Positions 21,801 to 36,800 of a stretch of 64,000 nt of DNA are shown here, one piece after another. A program made the position numbers and the translations under genes. Below the pieces are notes generated by a model. That model saw nothing but the letters and a program-made list of their open reading frames with translations. It was not told the DNA's origin and ran no database searches. Each line of letters opens with the position of its first letter. Position 1 is the first letter of the stretch. This DNA is from Salpingoeca rosetta (taxonomy: Eukaryota; Protista; Choanoflagellata), in NCBI GenBank assembly GCA_033442325.1, contig JAWQFM010000021.1, positions 680,939-744,938 of the forward strand, given 5' to 3'.

Positions 21801-24800
21801 AGCTGCTACGGCTACAGTGGCACCAACTCCCACGCCATCCTCACCAGCCGCGGGTGCGAGCGCATCTCCCGCCCGGCCTCGATTTCGGCCCTGCTGGCCA
21901 GTCGCGGCCTGCATCTCGACGCTGCCACGGCTGCGGCGGCGGTGCCCGCCCCACACGGCGCCTCGTCCATGCATCTCGTGGCCATGCCCGTGTCAGCGCA
22001 GAACACGGAGGCGTGCATGCAGGCAACGGCGGCCCTCGCTGCGTCTCTCGTGGATCCAGCACTTGCGAGCGCGTCACTGTCTGTGCTTGCCCTTGCCGCG
22101 TTGGTCGGACGTGAGCACGGACTGCCACGCCAGCTGCTGGTCATGTGCGATGCCGCGTCCCCGCGTCGCGCTGTTGCCAGCTCGCTCGCAGCGGCCGTGC
22201 ACGCGCTCCAACCGTTTGCCCTGCAGCCATCGCCAGAGCTGGCCGCGCTACTGCCGCCACCTGGCCGTGGCGGGGCGCACGGCGAGCACGCTGGCGGCGA
22301 TGCTGGTGGCAGCGTTGCGACATATGTGGTCGATGCCGCTCCAGCATGCCTCATGTTGCCCGTGCAGGCGGATCGCGTTGTCGTGGACCTGCCATCGTCG
22401 ACGCGCGCCATGAGCCTGGCCATGTGGCCTGCCCACTTGCAAGCGCCAGCGAGTGCCCTCAACCGCATCCATGTTCCTGCCGCGTTGGCCGCTGCCCACT
22501 TGCAGAACGCATATCGCCTGTGTCGCTTCCTTGCCACGGGCTTCAAACTCGCCAGCAGCGCCTCTGCGGCTGCTGTTGTTCCCACTGGTGGCTCAGGCAC
22601 ATCCGTTCAGCAACAACACAAGCAGAAGGGCCTTGTGGTGCGCGCACATGACGCATCGCACGTTGTGGCCTGCTTGCTTGCGCTCGGCGTCGTCTCCGAG
22701 GACCAGGCGAGCCAGGCCCTGCGTGACACAGCACCGGACGCTCTGTTGAAGCAGCTGTTTGGTTGGGCCAGGCAGCCAGGCCAAGCCGCATCGTATGAGG
22801 TTGTTGCCACCGCCAAGGGCGTGTCTTGCCTGACCTTGTCCACCAGCATGAGAGACAATGCGCCCTCTGCTGCCTCCACATCGTCGTCATCGCACCCGTA
22901 TTCAACTGCGCCTGCAGCATCGGGTGCGGCTTGTGATGTCACGCTGGTGTCACAGCATGTCGCCTTTGTGCTCAGTGCCACGAACCCTGTGCATTGGCAT
23001 GCGCTGGCCACGCGCTTCGCTGCTCTGGAACGTTCCCTGACCAATGCCATTGTTGCCTGTAACGCTGAATTGTGGACCAGCATGCAGGCTGTGCCGGCGT
23101 CGCTGCCGCGCCTGCCCCTCTACCCCTTTCAGCTGCTCCCGTCCTGGCTGCCAGATGACATGCCGCTCGCAGCCGTGCGCCTGAGCCCGGCCGTGTCTGG
23201 CCTGCCACGCAACCACGTCATCATGCAGCAGGAGCTGCTGCCTGGTGCCGCCCTCGTGTCCTCGCTGTTGACTGCGCTGCATGCGCTTGAGCTGTCGCCC
23301 ACACAGCGCGCCCACGCCACCACCGAGCTCACGGGGGTCACCCTCTCCCGCTCGGTCTCTGCCGCTGACGTGCCGCACACACGGGCCGTGCTGGGCGGCG
23401 ACGGCACATTCGCCGTCACTGTTGCTGCTGGCGGCACCCGTGCCTGCGAGGGCACGTGGCGCCTGGCCAGCCCGTGGTGCCGCACCACGTTGCAGTGGAA
23501 GCAAGCGGCGGCGGCCCTCGCCTCATCCACGCTGCAGCACGCCGTGTCGCCCGACGACTTTTATGCGAGTATGGCTGCTCGCAGCATGCACTATGCAGGA
23601 CCCCTGCGAGCGTTTGACGAGCGCATCACCTTCACCACCAGTGCGGGACCTACCGCTGCTGTGGCGCGTGGCCACATCTCCACCACCACCACCCAAGCAC
23701 GTGGTGACACCGACACCGCCTTGCTCATGGCGCAGGCGCTCGATGCCGGCATGCAGCTCTGCGTCGACCTGGCCGCCCGTGTTTTGGACGCCAACGGTGC
23801 CAGTAGCGGTGGTACCGGGCAGCACGGCAGTTCCTCCGTTTCGTCTGCATCGTCCGCGTCTTCGCAGCTCTCCTTCATGCCCGTGGCAATGGCGCGTGTG
23901 GTGATGCTGCTTGAGACGGCGTTTGCGCTGTCCACCAGCGGCCACGGCGCCAACAACGGCAGCAACGGTGGCCTGGAGGTGTACGCGGGTATTGATTTGC
24001 CGCAGCCGTCGGACCTCGACGCCTTGCAGCGAACGGGCCGCATCAAGGTGACTGCGTGGGTGTGTGCCGCAAACGCACAGGGCAGGCTTGTTCTCTCTGC
24101 CGAGGGCATCTCCCTGCAGGCGTTCCGCAACATGGGTGCAGCTGCACCCGTTGGCCCGACACCCGCTGTTGCTGTGTCGCATGCACAGCAGCAGCCTTTG
24201 GCGGGCCGAGCCGCCTCGAGCGACGCACGGCAAGCGTTTGCCCCTGGCACCGCAGCCCAGGGCGGCGGGGACGCAGCAAGCCACCCTGCCGCCTACCGCG
24301 ACGTCATCTTCCCTGTTGCGTTGCCGCTTCCCACACCAGCACCAGCACCAGTATCGCTTCCGCCATCCGCCGTGCTGCACATTTCCCTGGTCTCCACCTC
24401 GCCCCTGCCATATGATGATGAGGCCCTGCAGGCCGAGTTCCATGCCGCGCCGCTCAACATCTCCATTCCCGTGCAGCCGCCGGCGCCCATGGAGGATGAC
24501 GGCGCACACGACGCCCTGTTGCACATTGTCATGTCCGAGCTCTCCTCGGCCTCATCGCCCACTCCAGTGACCTCTCATCCCGCAGAAGGAGCAGCAGCGA
24601 CAACAGCAGCAGAACCAGCACAGCAGGCGTCAGCACAGGCACACGTGCCGGCGCCTGTGACGACTGTGCTGATTCACGTGGATCCTGTGCTGCTGGAGGC
24701 GAAGGAGGACGTGGTGGGTGCGAGCGATGCCATGCGCACGCGCGCTGCTGAGGTTTACTGGTCCCTCGTGCGCACCGTGCAGGTTGTGCTGGCTGCCCGC

Positions 24801-27800
24801 GCCCGCCACACGGACAGCCAGGCCATCTCCACCGTTGCCGTGTGCGTCCCACAACAGGGTCGGTTCTTTGAGGAAGTGTGGGCCGCGTGCAAGTCATTTG
24901 CGCGCGTGGTCTGGTCTGAGCGCCACTTTCGCCGCTCCTGCGCCATTGCTACCCTACCTGCTTCCCCAAACGCACCCGCCACCTCTCTCAACGACATCTA
25001 CGCCCTCCTGCAAGCGTCAGACACGGCGCCAGCATCAGCGGCCTCTTCGTCGCCATCAACAACCACATTTGATCCGCTGCTCGTGCTGCGAGCAACACGC
25101 CCTTCGCAAGAGCGCGGCAGCCAGCAACAGCAAAGCGAGTGGGTGCAGGAGCGGTTCGTGCCCGTGCGGGCGGAGGACGTGTCGCCGTCCTGGCCATGGC
25201 ACATCACGCAGCCCTCACAGTCGCACGCCTCGCTGGATGACCTGCAGCCCTCACCACTGAGCTGGGACGGCGACTGTCCCCCAGATGCCATTGTGGTGCA
25301 AGTCACAGCCGTTTCCCTCAACTTTCGCGACGTGCTCGGTGTTCTGGGCCTGTACCCTGGCCCACCAGCACCGCCTTGTCGCGACTTTGCGGGTGTCGTG
25401 CTGGCCATTGGCACAGGGGTCCTCGCTGCCAACAGCACCGCAGTCTCTGTCGGTGATCAGGTCTTTGGCACCCACCCGGGTTGCCTCGCTTCCCACATCC
25501 AAGTGCACCCATCGCAGCTGGCTCGCGTGCCGTCGACGACCGATGCCTGGTCTCCGCAGCGGTGCGCTGCAGCTGTCAGCGTCGAGATGACGGTGACCAT
25601 GGCGCTTGCTGATGGCGTCTCAGAGCGACTGCCGTCCGCCAAGGGTCTTGCCCTTGTCCATGCGGGCGCGGGCGGTGTCGGCCTCGCTGCTATCAGCCGC
25701 CTCACCAAGCTCGGGCTGCGCGTGTTTGCCACGGCGGGCTCCCAGCGCAAGCGAGACGTCCTGGTCAAGCTCCCGGGCGTCGTTGCCGTAAGTTCCTCCC
25801 GTGACTTTGCCGCCTTTGAGCGCGATGCCAGAGACGTCGTGCGCCAGCACGGCAGCGTCCACCTCGTCCTCAACAGCCTCTCTGGCCAGTTCACCTCCCT
25901 CTCGCTGCAGCTGCTGTCGCAGCAGGGAACTTTTGTGGAGCTGGGCAAGCGCAACATCATGACACCCGAGGAGGTGAGGGCAGTCCGCCCAGACGTCAAC
26001 TACAGAGTGCTGGCCGTGGACGCCGTCGTCGACAACGACATGCACGCGTGCCACGCTGCCATGGAAGAGCTTGCCGAGCAGATGCGCCGCGGTGTGGTTA
26101 CACCGCTCCCAACGACAGAGTTTCCCCTCGACACCACCGGCGTACGGGAGGCGTTCAAGTTCATGCGCAGGGCAGAGCACGTGGGGAAGATTGTGCTGTC
26201 TGCGGACCACGAGCGCGTGGCACCTCGGTCAAGCCGCGTGCGTGGCGGCGTGTACGTTGTGAGCGGGGGACTGGGTGCGCTTGGCTTGCAGACGGCGGCG
26301 TGGCTGCTGTGCCGCGGCGTGGAGCACGTGGTGCTGCTGTCGCGGTCTGGGCGCGTGGGGCACCCGGACCTGGTGCCGCTGTTTGATGCGCTGCCGACGC
26401 AGCAGCGGATGGACCGGCTGGGCGCGGCGCAGCGCGGGCTGGCGCGGGTGCACGTGCGGGTGTGCGACGTGAGCCGGGAAGAGGATGTGCGGGAGATGTA
26501 CCGGTGGTGTGTTGCCAAGCTTGGCGGAGTGGATGGGGTGTACCATGCTGCTGGTGTGACGTCTGACCGAGGGATTGAGAAGGTTGAGCGGGATGATGTG
26601 TGGCGCGTGTTTGGGGGCAAGGCTGGCGGGGCGTGGCACCTTGACCGGGTTGGGGAGGAGGTTGATGGGGTGGAGGTGGGTGAGTTTGTGGTGTACTCGA
26701 GTGCGTCGAGCGTGCTTGGGCTGCGTGGGCAGAGCGTGTATGCTGGTGCGAACGGGTATGCAGACGGGGTAGTGCGGCGGCGGCGCCGGGAGGGGAAACC
26801 GGCACTGAGCGTGCAGTGGGGCGCGTGGGCGTCCCACGGAATGGCGGCTGCGAATCTGGTCAAGAAAATGCAGGCCGTTGGCGCAGCCCCCATCACCCCT
26901 CCTCCCCCAATCGCATTTGCCATGCTGGATGCCCTGTTGGCCGCCAGCGAGGAAAGCCGAGGCGCCGTGTCCCTCGTCGTGTTTCCAGCCCACTGGACCA
27001 CGTACGCAAAAGCCTTGCCAGCACAGAGCCGCGGTCCGCTCGCCTCGCTTACCGGTGTCGTGCAACCACAGCAGTCGCCCGACGCTCTTGCTTCGTCACA
27101 GTCCTGGACACCCGAAGCGCTCCACGATGTGGTGGTGTCTTGTGTGAGGGATGTCTTGCCCCACACACCACAGCCGACTGATCCGCTCATGGACGCAGGG
27201 CTCGATAGCGTGTCGGTGATTGAGCTGCGGAACAGACTGGAGAGCGCCACTGGCTTGAGCCTGAGCGCCGGCCTCCTGTTCAGCTACCCGACCATTGACG
27301 CCATTGCCAAGCACCTGCAGACGCTGCTCATTCCAGCTGTGGATGCGCCTGTCGTCGCCCCTGCTGGCGCGGCTGAGCGGCGCGGGCTGGAGGCGGCGCT
27401 TGCCACAGCTGCCGTTGTTGGTGTTGCCTGCCGCTTCCCTGGCGCCGACTCTGCCCAGCAGTTTTGGCGCAATCTCAAGGCAGGTGTGGACTCGATTACG
27501 CCGCCACCGCGAACGCGACCGAAACTCAGCCGCGAATCGCAGGCCGGGTATGTCAGCGACGTCGGCTGGATGGACCCCAGCTTCTTTCAGCTGACCCTGG
27601 CAGAAGCGGCTCAGATGGACCCACAGCAGCGCATGGTGCTGGAGGTCGCGTACATGGCGCTGTGCAGTGCCGGCATTTCGCGTGACGCCGTGGCGGAGAA
27701 GCCAATCGGCGTGTTTGTTGGCATGTGCAGCTACGACTACACGGGCTTGCAGCTGCCAGCCACGCCTCTCACGGGCACAGGCCGTTCGCACGCCATCCTG

Positions 27801-30800
27801 GCCAACCGCGTGTCGTATGCGCTTGGGCTGACGGGCCCGAGTCTCACCGTGGACACGGCGTGCTCATCCTCGCTCGTGGCTGTCGACCTCGCCATGCAGA
27901 GCTTGCGCCAGGGCACCTGCACATACGCCATTGTTGCTGGTGTTAACGTCATTGCCAGTGACATCATGTTCAATGTTACGAAACGTGGGCATGTTGTCGA
28001 AGACGAACCGGTGCCGGACGTTTGACGCTGGTGCAGATGGATACGTGCGCGGCGAAGGGTGTGGTGCCATTGTGCTGACGCTTGAAGGCAATGCCACCAG
28101 CAGTGGCGCAGCGGCTGCGACAGGGGCCGGTGGCGCTGGGGCTGAGCAGCAGCAACAGCAACAGCAGCAGCAGCAGCAGCAGCAACAGCGGTTGCACACG
28201 CGCGAGCCGCTTGCGTACATCAAGGGCAGCGCTGTGAACCAGGACGGGCGGACAGCGAGCCTGACGGCGCCGAGCGGACTTGCGCAGCGCAAGGTGATGC
28301 GAGCGGCGCTTGCGGATGCAGGTGTGCGGGCTGAGGATGTTGTGTATGTGGAGGCGCACGGTACGGGGACGAGTCTCGGGGACCCGATTGAGGTTGAGGC
28401 TTTGCAGGATGTGTACTGTGGGCGCGGCAGCCAGGAGGGCGGCGACGTTGGTGGGCGACGTGAGCGGCTGTATGTTGGTGCCGTGAAGACGAACATTGGG
28501 CACCTTGAAGGGGCAGCTGGGATCGCTGGGCTGATCAAGGCGATTCTTGTTGTGCACCATGGGGAGGTAGTGCCGAACCTTCACATGGATGCGCTGAATC
28601 CGCACATTGGGCATGTTGGCGGGGAGGGCGAGGTGGTGTTTCCTCGGAAGGAGGGGGGTGTTGGTGTTGCTGGTACGGTAGAGAGCGGGCGACTGGGGCC
28701 ATCGTGCGTAGGCGGGGATGGGCGCGTGTATGCGGCTGTGAGCAGCTTTGGCTTTGGCGGCACAAACGCCCACGTTATCCTTGCACAAGCAACTCCGCCT
28801 GGCACCAGCACGGACGAGACTGCGGCATCTCGGGCCTTGCCATCGACATCACGTGAATTGACAGCAGCTACTGGTCCTTCCTCCCCCTCAGCAACAGCAA
28901 CTGCTGTGAAAGTCCTCAAGGGCGTGTGCTTCATGTTCTGTGGCCAGGGCTCACAGTACGCGGAGATGGGCAAATCGCTTTACGAGAACAACGTGGTCTA
29001 CCGTGAGTGCTTTGACAAGCTGTGTACTCTCTGTGTTGAAGAAAACCTGCTGCCCACACCGCTGTGGGACGTGGTGTTTGGCTCGAAGACAGACGTCATC
29101 AACCAAACCATGTACGCGCAGCCGACTCTGTATGCGCTTGAAGCCGCCATGTACTCGGCCATCGCCAGCAGCGGCGTTGTGCCGGAGTTTGTGCTTGGCC
29201 ACAGCCTCGGTGAGGTGGTGGCTGCATTTGCACTCGGAGTCCTCTCGCTCGAAGATGGCTTTCGCCTGGCATGCGCCCGTGGCACGCTCATGCAGCAGCT
29301 GCCGGAGGGCGGGACGATGGCAGCCATCTTCTCCGACATTGACTCGGTGCGCAGCACCATTGCTTCACTCTCGCTTGAGGACAAGGTCGCCATTGCTGCC
29401 GTGAACGGCCCGAAGCTTGTCGTTGTTTCCGGCGATAAGCAGGGCGTGCTGGCGGTGGGCGAGGCGGGCAAGACGCGGTTTGTTGAGTTGACCGTGTCAC
29501 ACGCGTTCCACTCGCACCTGATGGCCGGCATGATTGCTCCTTTCGAGAAGCGTCTCACGGCGGCGGATGGCGTGACATTCCGCCCTGCACACAAGCACAT
29601 GCGCATGGTGTCCACCGTGACTGGCGATGTGATTGAGGAAGAAGACCTGCACAGAGTGGATTACTGGACCACGCATGTCATGCGTCCTGTGCTGTTCTAC
29701 AAGGCGCTGCAGCAGGCGGCGGCCAACGGCGCCACCACCTTCATTGAGATGGGCTCTCAGGACATTCTTGTCGGCATGGCTCGCCGATGCAAGCTCAAGG
29801 GCATCACTCTGACCAACATCATCAACAAGAAGGCAACTGCCGACGCCCCAGCCACCCTGGACAAAGTCGTGTCCGACTTGTCAACGAGGGAGGGCGTAGT
29901 GATTGCTGAACGCAGCCAAGGTGCACAACAAGAACGGCAACAGAAGGAGGATGAGGAGGACCAGTTGCAGACTGCAACCTCGCCCTTGTTGTCTTTGCGA
30001 CCATCTGACGTATTTGAACGCCGAAGGGACATTCCCTTCACGCTTCCCACGGCCCCAGCTTCCTCGCTGCCATCCAAGCGAACACAGCACAGCGAGCAGC
30101 TTGATGTCAGCCAGCAGCCGCGTTGCCTCGTGCACGCGCATGTTGAGGAATCGCTTGTGGCAGCAGCCTTGCCGGAAGACCCAGCACACTGGACGGCAGC
30201 GCCCATTTCAGCTGCATTTGCAACTTCAACCGCCAAAGTGCCGTCGTGGCTCAAGACAACCACACCCACGAGCAAGCATGATGTGATTGACGTCGTGAGC
30301 CAGCTGGAGCACGCGCCGCAGCTGACGTTTGTGTTTGTGCTGGACGGCCTGAGCACGGCCGATGCGCTGGTGCAGCTGGCCACCTGGGGAGCGGCGGTGT
30401 GCGAAACCCTGTCCACAAGCACCACCAACATCACCATCGTGGTTGTTTCCTTCCTTGGCGAGAGCAGCGCAGAGGCGGGCGCAGCACAGCAGCTTGTGCC
30501 GTGGCATTTGGCGGGCGCGCTCAAAGCTGTGAGCGTGGAGCTTGGCGTCACTGCGCTGCGCCTGCTCGTGCTCTCGCCCTCTGCCCCGTGCATTCCCACA
30601 CTGCCCACGGACACACCACACCTGGTGTTTCTGCAGACCAAGGCAACGGCAGCGCCCAAGGGTGCGCAAGCAGTGCACGCCGTGCAGGAGCAGGTGTTTG
30701 CCGTGGACATACAGGAGTCCGAGACCAGCAAGGCCGAGGCGCATGGTGCTGCGCCATCTTCTCTTTCCAAAGATCAGGCAGCGCCGGGCACGGCTGTTGT

Positions 30801-33800
30801 CACGGGCGGGCTTGGCCAACTTGGGCTGGCGGTGGCTGAGGTGCTTCTTGCACATGGGCACGAGCAAGTACTCCTCTGTTCCCGGCGCAGCGAGAGTGGC
30901 ACGCCGAAGGACACACAGCATCAGCTGCAACAATTACGTGCGCGCTACTGCGAGGGACAGGCCGACCGCCTGTCTGTGCTGCAGGTGGACGTGAGCGACG
31001 AGCTGATGCTACTGGACACGCTGCGACCTTTTGCTCCACACATTGACGCCATCGTGCATTGCGCAGGCGTCACGCGCGACGCAGCCATTGACAGCGTTGC
31101 GCGCAAGGACGCACAAGACGTGCTGAGCGGCAAGCTCATGGGCGCGAACAACCTGCACACTGCAACCGTTCGCCTCGCCATGCCCCGCTTGAAGCGGTTT
31201 GTGCTGTTCTCCTCAGCCTCTGCGCTCTTCCCCATGCCGGGGCAGTACACATACGCTGCTGCAAATGCAGGCTTGCAAGGTATTCACGCCCAGCGCACGG
31301 CTGCAAAACACCCGAGCCAGCTCGTCCTGTGGGGTCCGTGGAGCGGGTCAGGCATGATGGCCAAACTCTTGCCGGCCCAGGTTGCTCGGATGCAGCAGCG
31401 TGGCTTCTTCATGCTGGATGCCTCGCTGGGACAGCTGGCACTGAATTTCGTGCTCACAGCGTCGTCGAGCAGTGCATGCCACGTAACTTTCTGCACAACA
31501 GTGCCCACAGCGCACCGCCTCACAGCTGCGCTCGAGCTTCCAGCGACTACAGCAGCCTTTGCTGCTGCGCTGCAGGCAGCTGCTGAAGAAACCACCAGCC
31601 AACAGCACGACCAAGGCACGTCGAAGGCTCGACCGCGCGCACCGCAAGAGGTGTTTGCCCGCCTCGTTGGCATTGTTCAGGATCTTCTGGGCACGGCCAT
31701 CTCACAGCAGGAGCTGACAAAGCCACTCCGAGAGCTGGGATTCGACTCCATCGCTTCCGTCGAGCTTGCGCGTCAGGTTGAGCAGCAGTTGGGCGTGAGC
31801 GTTTCTGCCACAGCAGCATTCGATTTCCCGTCCATCCGCACATTGGCCCAGCACATCCACGAGCGCTTGGCTCACGTCAGCGTGGGCACGCCCATGTCTT
31901 TGTCACGACGAGGCGACAGCAGCGCTGAGATTGCGGTTGTTGGCGTTGGGCTGCGGTTTGCCGGGTGCGACGACGAGGCGTCGTTCTGGCGCATGCTGGA
32001 GGGCGGGGCGTGCACGGTGTCGACGCTGGCATCGCACGCCGGGCAGCGCACGTGGCAGCTGCAGCGGCCCATCAGCCAGGGCGGCGTGCTGTCGGACGTG
32101 AAGAGCTTTGACGCTGCGCTGTTCAACATCTCCAACCGGGAAGCCGTGAGCATGGACCCGCAGCAGCGGATCATGCTTGAGACTAGCTACCGCGCGCTGG
32201 AGAGTGCTGGGATGACGCTTGAGCAGGCGCGCGCGGTGCGGACGGGGGTGATGATTGGATCTGGTGTGAACGAGTACCACAAGGTGCTTGAGCGTGCGCG
32301 TGCAGCGGGGAGCTATGAGGCGCAGGCTGGGCACATGATCACGGGGAACACGAGCAGTGTGCTTGCTGGGCGCGTGGCGTATGCGCTTGGGCTCAAGGGT
32401 CCGACGTTCTTTGTGGACACGGCGTGTTCGACGTCGCTTGTTGCTGTGCATCTTGGGTGCCAGTCGCTGCGCAGTGGCGAGAGCGACGTTGTGCTTGCGG
32501 GCGGCGTGAACGTGCTGCTTGACGGGGAGAACTGGGACATGCTGTATGACAGCGGGGCGCTGTCGAAGCAAGGGCAGTGCCGGGCGTTTGATGCGAGCGC
32601 GGACGGGTACGTGCGGTCTGAAGGGTGTGGCGTTGTTGTGCTGAAGCGGCTGGAGGACGCGGTGCGCGACGGCGACCCGATCCGGGCCGTGATCCGGGGC
32701 AGCGCGATGAACCAGGACGGGCGGTCGTCTGGGCTGACTGCGCCGAATGGCCCCGCGCAGACGGCAGTGATTGAGGCTGCGCTGCGCAGTGCGGGCGTTG
32801 CGGCTGGGGATGTTGAGATGCTTGAGGCGCACGGGACGGGGACGCCGCTTGGGGATCCGATGGAGATGCAGGCGGCGATTGCGGCGCTGCGCAAGGGCGA
32901 GAGTGCGTGTGGGCGCGTGCTGCATGTTGGGTCGATCAAGTCGAACATTGGGCATGCGGAGGCGGCGGCTGGTGTTGCGGGCCTGATCAAGGCGATCCTG
33001 AGTGTTGAGCGTGGTGTGATTCCGCGGCACGTGCACTTTGAGGAGCTGAATCCTGCGATTGGGGAGCTACCGCCGAGCGTGCGTGTTGCGACGGAGACGA
33101 CGGAGTGGCAGAGCGACGTGCGCGTTGCTGGTGTGAGCTCGTTTGGCTTCAGCGGCACCAACTGCCACGTTATCGTGAGCGGCTACGACAAGCCGCCCTT
33201 GCAAAGCTTGCCAAAGTCCCCAGCTGTCTCTATACCGCTGCTGTTGTCCGCACATTTTGCCAAAGGCCTCCGGTCCCTCCGTGACTCCGTCCTCGCTTCC
33301 GTTGACGATTCCAGCCTATTTGCCCTTGCGTCGTACCTTGCATTGCGCCGCAGTATGTTTCAGCATCGCCTGGTTGTCTGGCACGATGGCCGTGCTACCG
33401 TGCCCGCTCCAAGTGCCGTCCTCGTGCCATTGAATTCCCAAGCGCTTCTCAGCATCTCATTCCCTTCAGATATGTGTGATCGTCTTCTTGGCGTGTTGAC
33501 AAGCGACACGATGGCTGCACCCACAACCAGAGACGACGTCGTGGATTTGCTCGAGCAAGTGGTGGAAGAACCCGTGAGCTTGGACCAGGACACTGCCTCG
33601 CACAAGCTGCGGGTCGATGACGCGGCAGAGCACATTCCTGTCACGGAGTGGCTCATGCGCGTGATTGCGGATGCTTTCCGCCTTGGCTTCACCCTGCAAC
33701 AATCCAGCCTGGCCATGCTGTTCGATATGCAGGCTTTACCCACGCTGCCGCCACTGCCGCTGAATCAGCAGGAGTACTGGCCACCAGTTGACATCTCACC

Positions 33801-36800
33801 AAATGCGCCATTGACGCTCGTGTCCACGTTCAAGTGGGTCGCCGTGGACCATGGAGACAACGACACCAGCACACTGGATGAGAGTGTACGGCACGTGTGT
33901 ATCGGCGCCTCAGACGCGTTTGCTGCGCTGCCCGAGGACAAGCACGTGCTGTCATGGTCACAGGTCGTCAACGTGAGTCACGATGAGGAAGCAGCACCTC
34001 CGCTGCTTGAAGCGGTGCTAGCTGACATGGATGATGCCGAAGACACCAGCGACAGGAAGCTGACAAGTATCGTGTTGCACCTCTCCTTCACCGACGTCAG
34101 CACAGACGACGCTGCTGCCTCTGCTGTCGCGTCTGCGCAACGTGCCCTTGCTGTGGTGAAGCAGATCTCGGCTGCGTCGCCATCATGCGATGTGCACGTG
34201 TGCTTGAGTGGATCTCAGGACACAGAGCATCTGTGGGCTCCAGCTATCGGCTTGTTCAAGACAGCCCAGCTGGAAATGCCCCGTCTCAGTGCTGGTGTGA
34301 TCGGACTGGAAGAGCCGAGCAGCGATGCGGTCGCAGCTGCCTACGCGCATTTGTGCACCACAAGGGCAACCCTGCTTTGCACACCAAGCGGCGTTCAAGA
34401 GCTGCAGGCGGCAACGTCTGAGCGCCACGTCGAGGCAACCAACGAGGAGGCAAGCGCTTCTACTCCTGCGCCTGAAGAGCACGTATGCATCATTGCTGGT
34501 GGCGCGGGAAAACTCGGAAAGATCGTGTGCGAACGTTTGGCAAGCCAAGGCTTCAAGGTAGTGGCGCTCAGCAGGCGAAAGCCCAGTTCTGACGAGGCGA
34601 AGCAAAGCGTCGTGTCTGTCGTGTTTGAGCAGTGTGACATCACCAAGAGGGCAGACGTGGACAGTGTCCTGCAAAAGTATGCTGCAACCGGCAAGCAACT
34701 GAGCATCTACCAGTGTGCGGGGAGCTACCATGTTGGTCTGCTGAGTGGGAGCGAGTGGGCGGATGCGGAGGCGGTGCTGGCGCCCAAGATCCAGGGCACG
34801 ATGAACCTGCACTGGGCGTCGCTGGAGCACAGCGTGTCGCAGTTTGTGCTGTTCTCGTCTGCGTCGTCTGTGTTTGGGTCTGTGGGGCAGGCGTTCTATG
34901 CGTCTGGCAACAGCTTTCTGGACCGGTTCCACAGCTGGCGCGTGCGGCAGGGGCTGCCGTGCACGTGCGTGAACTGGGGTCCGTGGGGCGGGTTGTACCC
35001 GGGGCACGTTGAGAAGCGATGGGCGGTTGAAGGGTATGCGCCGCTCGGGCAGGAGGAAGGGCTTTCCGTGCTTGAGGGGCTTGTGCAGGCTGATGCGAGC
35101 GACGCCGGGAGCACGGTTGTTGCGCGTGTGCTGCCTGAGGAGTTTCTCCGGGCGATGCAGGCGCCACTGCGCAGCACGGAGCTGGGCAGCGTGCGGGAGA
35201 TGCTTGAGAAGGAGGTTGCTGCGCGTCGGGAGGCGCTGGCTCGCATGGGCGGCGGCAGTGGCGGCGGCGGCGGTCGTGGCTGGCGTGGCGCTGGCTCACA
35301 TGCGGCGGGCACGGGCGGACGGCTCGGGGAAGCGCACAAGGCCGTTGTGACGCGGCAGGAGGTGCGCGATGGCGTGATTGGCGTGCTTGCGCAGGAGCTT
35401 GGTGGGGACGCGAAGGACATCCGTGCTGCGGCGAAGGCGAACACGCCGTTCTCTGAGCTTGGGCTGGAGTCGTTTCTTGCGATGGAGATTCGGTCGCAGC
35501 TGCAGTCGCGGTTTGCGGTTGACCTGTCTGCGACGGTGTGCTACGACTACCCGACGGTGGACAAGCTTGCTGAGCACGTGTGCAAGCTGGTTGGCGCTGT
35601 GAGCAGCGACATGGCTGGCGAGGGCGAGGTGGTGGTGAGCACGAAGACGGGGCGGCGGCTTGCGGCTGAGGCCGGGCTGGCTGGCGCGATGGCTGAGCGC
35701 AGCGGTGGAAGCGGCAGCTTTTGCTGTCGTCGTGCTGTCTGTGTGTCTGCCTGGCGGGGTGTGTGACGAGGAGGTGCTGTGGGGGGCGTTGTGTGGCGGG
35801 GAGGATCTGGTTGAGGTTGTGCCTGGGGAGCGGTGGGATGTTGATGCGTACTATGATGCTGACGGGCACGCTGAGGGGCGGATGTGGAGCCGGCGGGGCG
35901 GGTTCCTGCGCGGGATTGACGAGTTTGATGCTGAGTTTTTTGGCATCACGGGCCGTGAGGCGAGCAGCATGGACCCGCAGCAGCGGCTGCTGCTTGAGAC
36001 GAGCTGGCACGCGCTTGAGAGCGCTGGGCTTGGCGGGAAGCGGCTTGGGCGTGGGCGTGCTGGGGTGTTTGTTGGTGTTTCTGGGAGCGAGTTTGCGACG
36101 CTGTGCGGGCGGGTGTCTGGTGCGAGCGCGGTTGGGGATGTGCATGCAGCGACGGGGACGGCGAGCAGCGTTGTAGCTGGGCGCGTGTCGTATGCGCTTG
36201 GGCTTGGCGGGCCGAGCGTTGCCGTGGACACTGCATGTTCGTCGTCGCTTGTTGCTGTGCATCTTGGATGCCAGTCGCTGCGCAGTGGCGAGAGCGATGT
36301 TGTGCTTGCGGGCGGCGTGAACATTGTGCTGCTGCCTGACGGCAACATCCACTTGACGAAGACGCGAATGCTGTCGAAGCAAGGGCAGTGCCGGGCGTTT
36401 GATGCGAGCGCGGACGGGTATGTGCGGTCTGAAGGGTGTGGCGTTGTTGTGCTGAAGCGGCTGGAGGACGCGGTGCGCGACGGCGACCCGATCCGGGCCG
36501 TGATCCGGGGCAGCGCGATGAACCAGGACGGGCGGTCGTCTGGGCTGACTGCGCCGAATGGCCCCGCGCAGACGGCAGTGATTGAGGCTGCGCTGCGCAG
36601 TGCGGGCGTTGCGGCTGGGGATGTTGAGATGCTTGAGGCGCACGGGACGGGGACACCGCTTGGGGATCCGATGGAGATGCAGGCGGCGATTGCGGCGCTG
36701 CGCAAGGGCGAGAGTGCGTGTGGGCGCGTGCTGCATGTTGGGTCGATCAAGTCGAACATTGGGCATGCGGAGGCGGCGGCTGGTGTTGCGGGCCTGATCA

